Source: Saprospirales bacterium
GTDB lineage: Bacteria; Bacteroidota; Bacteroidia; Chitinophagales; Saprospiraceae
DNA: 64,000 nt
Direction of reading: 5' to 3'
Assembly: GCA_007693915.1 (NCBI GenBank)
Contig: RECS01000123.1
Coordinates: forward strand, 19,923-83,922
A program made the translations under genes and the position numbers. Shown one piece after another: positions 29,001 through 35,286 of this stretch. The notes beneath the pieces are model-generated. The model saw nothing but the letters and a program-made list of their open reading frames with translations. It did no database searches and was not told the DNA's origin. Position 1 is the stretch's first letter. Each line of letters opens with the position of its first letter.

Positions 29001-29485
29001 AACCACAAATCGAGCTCTTCGGTTTCAGTACAATTGTCATACAATGTATCTAAAAAGTAGTCCGGGTCAGCAAAATCCAAAGGTTGCCAGCAGTCTATTT
29101 CTTTTTCTGAACATTCAATCACCGGCGCCGATTTGTCCTCGATAAGCACCATGCTCCAGCAGGAATTATTGGTAACTGTATTCGTTACCTTTACAGAAAT
29201 GGTTTCATCCACATGGCTACAATCCGCTATATTACCTCCAATTGGCGGATCAACGATATTAACGTCAAATATACCGTAATTGGGTTGCGGATTAGAAAGT
29301 AGCATTTGCGGTGTCAAAACTGCTTCACCATTAGCTGAAAGGGAGACCTGAAGCCATGAGATACAACTCATTTGTAAAGCATTTAGCTCAGGGTTTTCAG
29401 CCTTTATTGGAAAAGCAATAAATAGTAATGCATAAAATAACATTCCTACCTGTAAGCTACTTTTTAAATTGTTTAACTTCTTCAT
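20051..29485 (-). CDS. Giant Cys-rich T9SS-secreted surface protein, paralogue 3 (repeat-expanded: 7 four-Cys units + 14 HYR units)
   Basis: 3144-aa ORF with a signal peptide (...LLFIAFPIKAE). Its N-terminal modules are colinear with paralogues 1 and 2, then come two internal repeat arrays (see the repeat features). The C-terminal cassette has a dockerin-like module at 20966-21139 (DDDPLNGVTTFDIYLLQRHILG...AADVNNDGLINVIDVLELRRLILGS), a cohesin-like module and a CTD (FQNRPNPF...VRKMIVK). Confidence 0.85.
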   Translation of the reverse strand: MKKLNNLKSSLQVGMLFYALLFIAFPIKAENPELNALQMSCISWLQVSLSANGEAVLTPQMLLSNPQPNYGIFDVNIVDPPIGGNIADCSHVDETISVKVTNTVTNNSCWSMVLIEDKSAPVIECSEKEIDCWQPLDFADPDYFLDTLYDNCTETEELDLWFSQNIQTLNCDPNYELVINRTWTVTDKSGNSSSCEQTINVLRGDINQVFFPADTLLNCPFTDIDPDVLGYPTLNGNEITPSCGILIGYTDTNPIPLCNGGQSYKFFRTWTAMDWCAMIITTSTQTIEVKDTIPPGLICPDDITIFTGIQTCNATYIFPNIDVEDACSDPNEIDIRFRVNGALNFDPLTVLPIGENTIEVQAIDPCLNMSTCEYTVTVEDNVPPILLCQNLVISLTNDEPLRVPVEVITSGFTFTDNCGIGEVEIRRMEDLCDSQEDLDFGDSIAFCCEDVEQSVSVEVKVTDVNGNANFCMFEITIQDKVPPVIISCAPDSAITCDQLSLDFSRFGEPEAIGLCDLIFDFEVSVEIDSCWEGNVFITHFVFNTGGIGDSCVQTLTVTNPFDFSEDNIIWPVDTLIVSCPSSIDPNEINSHPEVTADACNGIIQFGFSDSIATDNDFCSTIYRTWISEQSCYPGLQFTHIQRIDLLNPGELEITRQVLSATTVSCFEEALDPSLPVVEDACGRILTPVSSSVFDDPSGADCEGVRVYTYTYEDCNGNTLDWTFTYTIEYEGFSVPENEVMVVSCPDDTDNQPEPPLVNDSCGNPIQPSSPEVTEKPECEGERIYTWTFTDCAGNSNNWIFTYIIEFENFEIGVSNVIDTIECSLEIKTPTPPVVFDNCGNELEGVLVQTPEIPECEGEAEYIFQYEDCAGNIQFWSYTFLVQYQPFETISDFDFPIMCIGEIGMPEPPEVFDNCFIELEPIGDPEISEFPECEGMVTFTWTFEDCAGNQNQFTGTYIIEITDPPTEIGGPVETLAIVNCVDQATNPINLPVVEDACGNVLVAPEPAITDDPDPVTCEGTRSYIYTYEDCAGNEFIWEFIYIIEYEDFELPVNGQATVACPDDTDVVPPPPVVLDACDNPLTPMGPVVSEKPECEGQRTYTWTYIDCAENSKEWSFVYTIELNEGPILPANQTDTIPCPDSLYVIPFPTDIVDQCGRSVEAGEPQVESMTENNLQIITYTYEYEDCAGNIAEWVFTLVIDIEDLEIGCPENIEVSNDPGLCEADITIDPAVVTGGCGIDSLFNSYNFTEDASDIYPVGETEVIFTVVDITGITATCTFTVTVNDEEAPIIDCPADVTVSTDEGQCFTTEVELGEAEFSDNCPGIVLEVSIPDTFELGVTIITYTVTDASGNTAECEQTVTVEDNEDPTIECPEELVVSNDAGECFATDVEFDPAAVADNCGIDTVIILAPDTFLLGTTTIVYIVTDINGNTAECETSVTVIDGELPILECPDEIIVEVDLGECEAEVTIVITATDNCSDSLLITNSFNDGGADASGVYPLGETIVVFTVEDESGNVASCSVTVIVEGDDALEIECPENVEVSNDPGLCEADIMIDSAVVTGGCGIDSLFNSYNFTEDASDIYPVGETFVTFTVVDLTGATATCIFTVTVNDEEAPIIDCPANVTASTDEGECFATEVDLGTPEFSDNCPGVMLEVSIPDTFEVGLTVIVYTAIDSSGNSSSCSQMVTVEDDEDPSISCPEELVVSNDVGECFATDIDFDAAVVSDNCGVDTVIITAPDTFFLGSNTIIYTVIDVNGNSAICEASVRVIDDELPELVCPDEIVVEVEPMECEAEVMLMITATDNCTDLLTITNSFNNGGADASGIYPLGETIVVFTVEDEAGNVDSCSVTVIVEGDEPLEIDCPENIIQTNDPDSCEASITIPPATVTGGCGIESITNDFNFTEDASGIYSVGETVVEFTVVDSFGASATCTFIVIVEDNEDPIIVCPEDIVQENDPGECGADIEVTVVSFSDNCGIDTIFNDFSETIAADGFYSVDTTVVTYTVIDVNGNSAECSFTVVIFDNEIPMLTCPDDVVIEVDPGECEALVTGLIASATDNCTDSLVIVNSFNDGGADASDLYPLGETIVVFTVTDEAGNIDSCSVTVLIEGDEPLEVICPEDIMVDNDSEECFAFVTIDSAMVTGGCGLDSLFNDFNFTADASDFYNVGITVVTFTAIDEVGAIAICSFTVTVNDTEAPTIECPEDITVSADDGECFATDFDLGDAEANDNCPGVIIDVIIPDTFELGTTSIIYIAIDSSGNTAECEQTITVEDNEDPTINCPEDIVQVNDPGECGAFLDIDIPDFSDNCPGASITNDFTNVDDASALYPVDTTVVTYTVVDASGNSAGCSFTVIILDDEAPVFIACPDNEVLPCSEYEEGIDISQFGEPEVNDNCPVGLQVIETFEIDIDSCTSTGTITRMFTVFDSAGNSDSSCTQVITFEGVTSLDSSDFIWPNDFILITDCSIFNPDSIPGGEPILNPDVETCNEVSIVMEDEMIMVDTACDIIIRTWTVTDLCNPLTGEWVFIQTITVEDTIAPEFTVAPIDTLTAFADSISCDAFVEIMVEAIDDCGGDVIITNNSPFADSSGADASGVYPIGLTTFEFEAVDNCGNVTILEVNVLVVDTIPPVINCFKFRYIIDDNLSAVAVDTDFLTELSDNCIDSIDIEITFDLSDFDLDTLFFNFTNCDSIPGLFPITIYAIDASGNIDSCETQIAFEDPMGFCPDSLVGNINGLVYHHDMDRMVEGVELNVESPFFNDQINTDYFGLFEFLHVPQLSNMQLRPFKDDDPLNGVTTFDIYLLQRHILGINVITDPYYLIAADVNNDGLINVIDVLELRRLILGSSDQFPNNTSWRFLDKNFIIPHGVMPTQIDLPETVDIYFSTDRFFQQDFVGVKIGDLNGNVATTDLRSESRQRTSYEGIYVEDRLVNAGEIVTVEFHLRNGIEFNGIQFDLRWDNIALDIEDINWADQLEITDNSYLINFDGLETSIRLSQSSPSLLKPGDNGQLFSLTFIANQSGKLSEWIRFEESSIPTEIFSGFSDYNILELRFNEVFVSENDDLKSFQLFQNRPNPFTGITSIPFITDEDGRASLVIYDVRGKQLAVLSDEFTEGYHHWEINARALGLSNGVYYYKLQVGNHQAVRKMIVK
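22400..25867 (-). repeat. In-frame array of 14 consecutive HYR-type units (~79-88 aa each) inside the 3144-aa gene
   Basis: Every unit starts with CP and ends ...C.FTVTV.D.E.P.I. (for example CPENIEVSNDPGLCEADITIDPAVVTGGCGIDSL...TATCTFTVTVNDEEAPIID). Unit types run A-B-C-D, A-B-C-D, A-E-D, A-B-E. The array is 3468 nt, which is 1156 codons. Confidence 0.8.
23906..25867 (-). repeat. Tandem duplication of a 981-nt (4-HYR-unit, 327-codon) block
   Basis: The first Cys codons of successive A-type units are at 25865, 24884 and 23903, exactly 981 nt apart. A ~110-nt stretch aligned by eye shows 14 mismatches (about 87% identity). Confidence 0.75.
25868..27510 (-). repeat. In-frame array of 7 units (~77 aa) of an unclassified four-Cys repeat
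   Basis: The unit signature is C...P.PP.V.D.CGN...CEG...Y.WTF.DCAGN...W.F.Y.IE (for example VSCPDDTDNQPEPPLVNDSCGNPIQPSSPEVTEKPECEGERIYTWTFTDCAGNSNNWIFTYIIE). Units 1-2 resemble units 5-6. Confidence 0.65.
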
Positions 29486-29764
29486 TTTTAAAAGTTTTAA
29501 TAGACTGTCAAATAATGGTTTCTTGTTTAGAAAATTACCTTAAACGGGTATCCAAAAGACTGTAAGCCCTTGAATCCCCGTCCTCAGATAATAATCATCA
29601 GGTTTGTGTAACAGATGATAGCAACATCATCAAACAAGTCAGTTTAAATCTGACTCTTAATCGGAAATTCAATTTCTTTCTTAGAGAAGTTTTTAATCAG
29701 GTTGGAAAAATTAAAAACCTAAATCCTAAGCTTGGAATCGAAATCCAGATTTTTTCTTCTTTCT

Positions 29765-29798
29765 AAAAAAAGACCCTGCATATCCACCGGATACGCAG
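29765..29798 (-). terminator. Rho-independent terminator of the 798-aa gene
   Basis: 10-bp stem (CUGCGUAUCC/GGAUAUGCAG, including one G-U pair) with a 3-nt loop, followed by GGUCUUUUUUU on the minus strand. It lies 17 nt after the stop. Confidence 0.6.
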
Positions 29799-29814
29799 AG
29801 CCCATGTTCATGGT

Positions 29815-32211
29815 TTATTTTCTTATCAATCTTTTTACAATCCTATTTGCTTCTGTCTCAATATGCAAAAGATATATCCCCGACACAACAGACTCAGCAT
29901 CCAAAGTCCAGGTCGCTCCGTCTAAATTTTCTTCACCTATTGTCATATTTTGAATTATTCTACCACTTATATCAGTAAGTTTTAAGGTCACAGGACTGCT
30001 AATAGGGAGACTTTCATTTATTTCTATTGATAATTCATTTGAAAATGGATTCGGAAATACGCTAATCAAATCATAGATATTAGCACTTGATGGGTTGATC
30101 TGATCAGCAGGAATAAGTTTAAGTTTTTTAACATCGGACAAATCAGAATAAAATTCACTTTCAAATGATTTTGATTCATAGCTTACCATTTCCTTAGTGA
30201 AAATCAATTCCAGAATATGTTGACCCTCCGAGACTAATAATTTTTGATTAGAGAAAACGCTGACTCTCAACTCACCATCAGGCATAACGTTCCATCTGAT
30301 TTCATCCTGTGAAAAAATATCAGAATTCACTTGCAGTAATTCATTTTCAGACCCAAGATGCATTCCAAACTGGAAGCCGTAAGTATGCATTTTTAAATCA
30401 TTTAGCCCAAGTCTAAGAATATGAAGTCCATTTTCAATTTCTGCATCCACTTTGAATTCAGTAATACTTCTCTCCGAAGCCTGATCATCAGACAGACTAT
30501 TTGATCTCGCTGATGAATTCAAATCACCAAGCTTGATACCTGAAAAATTGACATTTTCAATAATTTCCTCAGGGTCAATTAATTCAATTTTAACCGGTAT
30601 TTCATCCAAATAGGGTTGTACCCTATTTTCAACTTCATATTCGGAATTGTAAAATCTCCATGAGCTTCCCGACGGAAAATTGCTCCGATTGCCAAGGATT
30701 ACATCTCTTACAATAAGAAGGTCTTTACTGTTAATTTCACCATCGAAATTAACATCGGCTGCTAATAGGTCCATAGTATTTTCGGGTTCCCATTCTCCAA
30801 GAATATATTTACTCATCAACAGCAGATCAAAGGTAGTTACTCCATTTAAAGGGTCATCAGATGAAACAGCCTCAACATACAATTTATCAGCATCACCTTT
30901 ATTGACCAACTCATAAGAACCATTTATAACGGGAGCTGTACTCAGTACTATATCATTTTCATCTTTCAGAATTACCGATACATGGTCTATATAATCGTAT
31001 CTGATGTCATAAACTGTTCCTCCTACAATTAGGGAATCTTCCGGAGGACAAAGACCAAAATTATCGGTGATGGTAATATAAGTTATACAAAAATCGCTAT
31101 TTCCGGATTCATCAGTTACAGTAAGTATGACTTCTACCCTGCCTAAATCATCACAGTCCACTCTCTGAGGACTTACTTCTAATTTCAAATCTTCATCCGC
31201 GGTACAATTATCAAAACTTTTAAGATTAAACCAATGGGCTTGAAGATCAAGATAGTAGCCATCCGACATCTGACTCAAAGTGGAGGATAAACCGTGATAA
31301 CATACCGGAGTAGGTTGTTTCATATCCTTCACAGTGACCTTAGTGGTACAACTTGATTTTTCAGAACAACCATCATCCGCCGTAAAAGTAACTACAGTAG
31401 TTCCCAAAGGATAGAATCCGCTAGCATCCCCATCCCTTTTAATGGCAAAAGGGCTGTCATTCATCACATTGGCAGGGTCTCCACATACAGAGGTAGCCGT
31501 TGCTTTATCCAATTGAACATCAGCACCATCGCACTCATCATTTGTTGTAGAAACAGTAATATCTTCAGGACAGACAATCTCAGGTCCCTCTTCTGATTTG
31601 ACCATTATTACTTGCGTATGCTCCCAAATTCCTTTAGGATAGTATGAGTTTGGATCAAATACACAACAATCAATAACCGTCCATGTCCTTAATATTTTTT
31701 TACATCCTCCACCAAAATCAAAAACCCAATCATGAAAACTGGAAAGGGGTTTCCCGCATTCCACTTCATCAAATACAGGTTTATCAAAACCCGGAGGAAG
31801 ATTATTTGGATGAAGAGAAGCTCCACATTCATCGGTTGTATAGTCTGCAGGCCAGGTAATATTAGACAAACCAAAAGCACCCCCTTGTACAGTTATGACC
31901 TGTGTGCAGGAATGCCAAACATTGTAGTAATCTTTTACCATCCAAGTACGAATGATGTGACCTACACCACATTCATTCAAGTGATATGCAACATGGGGGT
32001 TAGGAGCAGGATAAGGATCACCATATCCATGAACAAAAGCTATCCCAAATTCGTCGAGATCACTTAAATCTTCGTCGCAAGGAACAATGACATTGGGTGG
32101 ACAATCCAATGTAAGTAAAGCATCAGCATTTAAATGGAAATTATCAGCTGATAATTGGTAGCTGCAAACCAATAGTGCAGCGAGTACATGTGTAAGAATC
32201 ACTCTTTTCAT
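29815..32211 (-). CDS. Cys-rich T9SS-secreted surface protein, paralogue 4 (minimal version of the family)
   Basis: 798-aa ORF with a signal peptide (...LLVCSYQLSAD). It matches the C-terminal half of paralogues 1 and 2 (KILRTWTVIDCCVF; an HYR-type unit PEIVCPEDITVSTTNDECDGADVQ...). The cassette has a dockerin-like module at 30688-30861 (SDDPLNGVTTFDLLLMSKYILG...AADVNFDGEINSKDLLIVRDVILGN), a cohesin-like module and a CTD (FPNPFSNE...VKRLIRK). Confidence 0.85.
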   Translation of the reverse strand: MKRVILTHVLAALLVCSYQLSADNFHLNADALLTLDCPPNVIVPCDEDLSDLDEFGIAFVHGYGDPYPAPNPHVAYHLNECGVGHIIRTWMVKDYYNVWHSCTQVITVQGGAFGLSNITWPADYTTDECGASLHPNNLPPGFDKPVFDEVECGKPLSSFHDWVFDFGGGCKKILRTWTVIDCCVFDPNSYYPKGIWEHTQVIMVKSEEGPEIVCPEDITVSTTNDECDGADVQLDKATATSVCGDPANVMNDSPFAIKRDGDASGFYPLGTTVVTFTADDGCSEKSSCTTKVTVKDMKQPTPVCYHGLSSTLSQMSDGYYLDLQAHWFNLKSFDNCTADEDLKLEVSPQRVDCDDLGRVEVILTVTDESGNSDFCITYITITDNFGLCPPEDSLIVGGTVYDIRYDYIDHVSVILKDENDIVLSTAPVINGSYELVNKGDADKLYVEAVSSDDPLNGVTTFDLLLMSKYILGEWEPENTMDLLAADVNFDGEINSKDLLIVRDVILGNRSNFPSGSSWRFYNSEYEVENRVQPYLDEIPVKIELIDPEEIIENVNFSGIKLGDLNSSARSNSLSDDQASERSITEFKVDAEIENGLHILRLGLNDLKMHTYGFQFGMHLGSENELLQVNSDIFSQDEIRWNVMPDGELRVSVFSNQKLLVSEGQHILELIFTKEMVSYESKSFESEFYSDLSDVKKLKLIPADQINPSSANIYDLISVFPNPFSNELSIEINESLPISSPVTLKLTDISGRIIQNMTIGEENLDGATWTLDAESVVSGIYLLHIETEANRIVKRLIRK

Positions 32212-32293
32212 ATTATAAAGTTTAAATTGTTAGCTTGGCTAAGATGGGATGGAAAGAGTATAGTTTACCGGGTAATTAACCATTAATCAATTG

Positions 32294-32301
32294 CAAACAT
32301 A
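32294..32301 (-). promoter_or_regulatory. Candidate -7 promoter box (TATGTTTG) for the 798-aa gene
   Basis: Exact TAnnTTTG on the minus strand (context ATATGTTTGCAATTG, similar to the box upstream of paralogue 2), 83-90 nt upstream of the ATG at 32211. Confidence 0.25.
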
Positions 32302-32418
32302 TGTCAAATATTTTTAATATGTATTGCTTTGGGAAATATTTTTTAAAAAAAATCTGTACTAATTAGATTTCCAATCAATTAGAAGAAAAATAAAATCTGA
32401 GGAGAAAGGGCATAAACT

Positions 32419-32449
32419 AAAAAAGCCACCCTGAAAAATCAGAGTGGCT
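32419..32449 (-). terminator. Rho-independent terminator downstream of tRNA-Asn
   Basis: 9-bp stem with one mismatch (AGCCAC.CUG/CAG.GUGGCU), a 6-nt loop and U6 on the minus strand. Confidence 0.5.
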
Positions 32450-32453
32450 TTTG

Positions 32454-32527
32454 CGCCCCCTCAAGGACTTGAACCTTGGACCTACGGATTAACAGTCCGC
32501 CGCTCTAACCAGCTGAGCTAAGGAGGC
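32454..32527 (-). tRNA. tRNA-Asn (anticodon GTT)
   Basis: The reverse complement folds as a 74-nt cloverleaf: acceptor GCCTCCT/AGGGGGC, D-arm GCTC/GAGC, anticodon stem GCGGA/TCCGT with loop CTGTTAA, and T-arm CAAGG-TTCAAGT-CCTTG. The discriminator is G and no CCA is encoded. Confidence 0.9.
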
Positions 32528-32605
32528 TTTTTCTTAAAGTGGTGCAAAGATAAGTTGTCAATTAATTTTGCACAAACTTTTCGTTTTTATTTTTGAAAAA
32601 TAATT

Positions 32606-32731
32606 TTACGACCACGAAAGGACAAAGTTCAGTCTGTATATATAAATAATAAGACCGATGAAAAGCAAAAAGAAGATGATGATCCACATTATTGCTCTAC
32701 CCTTTCCACCGTAATTTTCAATATTTGCCAT
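32606..32731 (-). CDS. Possible 41-aa single-pass membrane peptide
   Basis: An ORF below the track cutoff: MANIENYGGKGRAIMWIIIFFLLFIGLIIYIYRLNFVLSWS*. It has one clear hydrophobic helix. No homology is recognised, so the only evidence is the ORF plus its TM character. Confidence 0.3.
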   Translation of the reverse strand: MANIENYGGKGRAIMWIIIFFLLFIGLIIYIYRLNFVLSWS

Positions 32732-32975
32732 GAGGTTTCAATTTAGATCGCAAAATAAAGGATTTTTTAGCATTTAAAAAAGGTATGTTCGAAAAAATTC
32801 AATTGCTACCTAAAAAATTCATGCAGAAGGCAATGTGACTGTTTTATTCCCAAAGCCTTAGATTTAAGCATAAGTTTGATATTTTGTTCAGTCTTCAATT
32901 TCTCGATTTATTTATTGAAGGTGGAAGATGAAAAGTTACAAACATTAATCAAATGGTATTCTCCCTTATAAATTA

Positions 32976-35099
32976 TCAATCCTCATCATCCGGCTTATTT
33001 TCCCCAATTAACCTCTTCTGTACATCCGTCGGCACTTCAGCATATTCTGCAAACTCCTGTCTAAATTTAGCCTTCCCCTGAGTAATCGATCTCAAACTTG
33101 ATGAATACTGATGCAATTCAGCTAATGGCACTTTGGCTTTGATTACCTGATAATGCCCATCAGCATCCATACCCATAATCATCGCTCTTCTTGCCTGAAG
33201 GTCACCCATCACATCACCCATTACATCACTTGAACACATGATTTCAAGATCATAAACCGGTTCCAGCAACAGAGGGTTAGCCTTTTCAAAACCTCGGTTA
33301 AAAGCTATCGAAGCAGCCATCTGAAATGCCGAATCATTGGAATCCACAGGATGCATTTTTCCGTCAAAAACCGAAACTCTGATATCAATACAAGGTGAGC
33401 CGGTCAACGGACCATTTTCCATTCTAAGCATTAAACCTTTTTTAATAGCTCCCATAAACCTGGAATCTATACTGCCTCCAACTATACACCAGTTGTAGAC
33501 TAGTTTTCCACCCCAAGGAAGATCAACTATTTCCTGATTTCTGATAGAAAGCCCGGATGGATCAGGCATACCCTCAGTCCACGGCTCAATTCGCAAATAA
33601 ACTTCACCAAATTGCCCTGAACCTCCACTTTGTTTTTTATGTCGGTAGCTACTGTCTACAGCACTTCTGACTGTTTCCCGATAGGAAATTCTTGGTTTTT
33701 CAAACTGCATATCTAACTGATATACCTTCTCTATGCGATATTTTATGATATCCAGATGTAATTGTCCCTGCCCGTGAAGTATCATCTGCTTCAACTCTTG
33801 CGAGTTCTCAACCACTATTGTCGGATCCTCTTCCTGAAGAGTGTAGAGTGCCTTTGTCATCTTTTCCATTTCTGATTTGGAAGGAGGCACAACAGCCATT
33901 CTGATTTTAGGAGAGGGAAAACGAATATGCCGGACCATTAAATCTGAGGATTTATCAGCGAGAGTATTGCTCGTATGAGCGTTTTTTAATTTAACAGTAA
34001 CTCCAATGTCCCCTGCGCTCAACTCACTGACAAGTTTTCTTTCTTTACCAGTCGCTTCAAATATTTGGTTGATCCGCTCATTTGATCTAAGGTTTTTGTT
34101 CTCCAGTTCATCTCCGGTTTTTAGTGTTCCACTGAACACCTTAAAATAAGAGACATTACCAATCCTCGGCTCAGATATAGTTTTATAAATAAAAACCACT
34201 GTTGGTCCGTTGGGGTTAGGTTCTAAAACTCTGGACTCAGTCAATACATTATTAGTTCTCTCGGCAGGTGAAGGAGCTATATCATTTATAAAACCCATAA
34301 TTCTGCCACTGCCCATATTTCTAAAAGCTGAACAACAAAAGACTGGAAATATCTCCTGTTTAGACATTGCAATTTTTAATCCTTTTGTCAGCTCTTCCTC
34401 TGTCAAGGATCCCTCATCAAAGAATTTCTCCATCAAGCCTTCGTCGTTTTCAGCTGCTGCCTCTACAAGGGCATTGTGCATTTCCTGAGCTCGTGCTATC
34501 TCACTGTCGGGAATAGCGACCTTTTCGGGTTTACCTCCATCCGGACCAAATACATACATAGTCATCCTAAGAGCATCTACTATTGTATTAAAATCACTGC
34601 CCTGATTTAAAGGGTACTGAATTGGCAGGACGTTATGACCAAATCTATCCTTCATTTGTTCCAAAGTCTCCTCAAAGTTAGATTTATCGTGATCCAATTG
34701 ATTTATCACAAACATGGTTGGGGTGCCATAATCTCTGATGGTCTCCCAGACCAACTCTGTTCCAACTTCCACGCCATTGGCAGCATTTACGGTTACCAAA
34801 GCTGTATCGGTAACTTTAAGTGCAGACATGACCTCACCAACAAAATCATCCAAACCCGGTGTATCAAGAATATTGATTTTTGAATCTTTCCACTTTACTG
34901 TCATCAATGAAGTGAAAATAGAATTTCCTCTTGTCTTCTCAATATTGGTATAATCTGATACTGTATTTCCATCTTCCACACTTCCTCTTCTCGGAATAGT
35001 ACCTGATTCAAAAAGCATAGTTTCAGCTAAAGAGGTTTTTCCACAGCCTGAGTGTCCAAGGAGGACTACATTCCTAATATCTTTGGCTTGATAGGTCAT
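32976..35099 (-). CDS. Elongation factor G paralogue (EF-G2-like) with non-canonical GTPase motifs
   Basis: 707-aa ORF with full five-domain EF-G colinearity. P-loop is GHSGCGKT, switch II is DTPGLDDF (canonical DTPGHVDF) and G4 is NQLD (canonical NKxD). It is monocistronic and not in an rpsL-rpsG-fusA-tuf context. Confidence 0.9.
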   Translation of the reverse strand: MTYQAKDIRNVVLLGHSGCGKTSLAETMLFESGTIPRRGSVEDGNTVSDYTNIEKTRGNSIFTSLMTVKWKDSKINILDTPGLDDFVGEVMSALKVTDTALVTVNAANGVEVGTELVWETIRDYGTPTMFVINQLDHDKSNFEETLEQMKDRFGHNVLPIQYPLNQGSDFNTIVDALRMTMYVFGPDGGKPEKVAIPDSEIARAQEMHNALVEAAAENDEGLMEKFFDEGSLTEEELTKGLKIAMSKQEIFPVFCCSAFRNMGSGRIMGFINDIAPSPAERTNNVLTESRVLEPNPNGPTVVFIYKTISEPRIGNVSYFKVFSGTLKTGDELENKNLRSNERINQIFEATGKERKLVSELSAGDIGVTVKLKNAHTSNTLADKSSDLMVRHIRFPSPKIRMAVVPPSKSEMEKMTKALYTLQEEDPTIVVENSQELKQMILHGQGQLHLDIIKYRIEKVYQLDMQFEKPRISYRETVRSAVDSSYRHKKQSGGSGQFGEVYLRIEPWTEGMPDPSGLSIRNQEIVDLPWGGKLVYNWCIVGGSIDSRFMGAIKKGLMLRMENGPLTGSPCIDIRVSVFDGKMHPVDSNDSAFQMAASIAFNRGFEKANPLLLEPVYDLEIMCSSDVMGDVMGDLQARRAMIMGMDADGHYQVIKAKVPLAELHQYSSSLRSITQGKAKFRQEFAEYAEVPTDVQKRLIGENKPDDED

Positions 35100-35286
35100 A
35101 TTTTAATGTTTTTTATGAATAAAACGGAGAAAATAAAATTCAACTCTCTGAATTTACGGGGGTAAATTAGAGGCTTTTAACCTAAAAAACAAGAGAAAGG
35201 AAGACAAAAAAGAGGTATAAATAACATTTTAAATGAGTCTATTTGTTATTTCCTCTAATACAATACCTTTTAAATAGAAAAAAAAA

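Noticed and set aside
29732-29953. 73-aa plus-strand ORF spanning the terminator and 3' end of paralogue 4
   Set aside because: It overlaps the CTD-coding end of the minus-strand gene and its terminator, and it has no features of a real protein.
10081-32211. Diversity-generating retroelement or shufflon acting on the variable heads
   Set aside because: I found no reverse transcriptase, template/variable repeat pair with adenine-specific differences, or recombinase gene in the window.
10081-32527. The giant-gene block as a tRNA-Asn-associated genomic island or mobile element
   Set aside because: There is no integrase, transposase or conjugation gene. I saw no direct repeat of the tRNA 3' end at the far boundary, and the genes are ordinary T9SS cargo. 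The adjacency to the tRNA may be coincidental.
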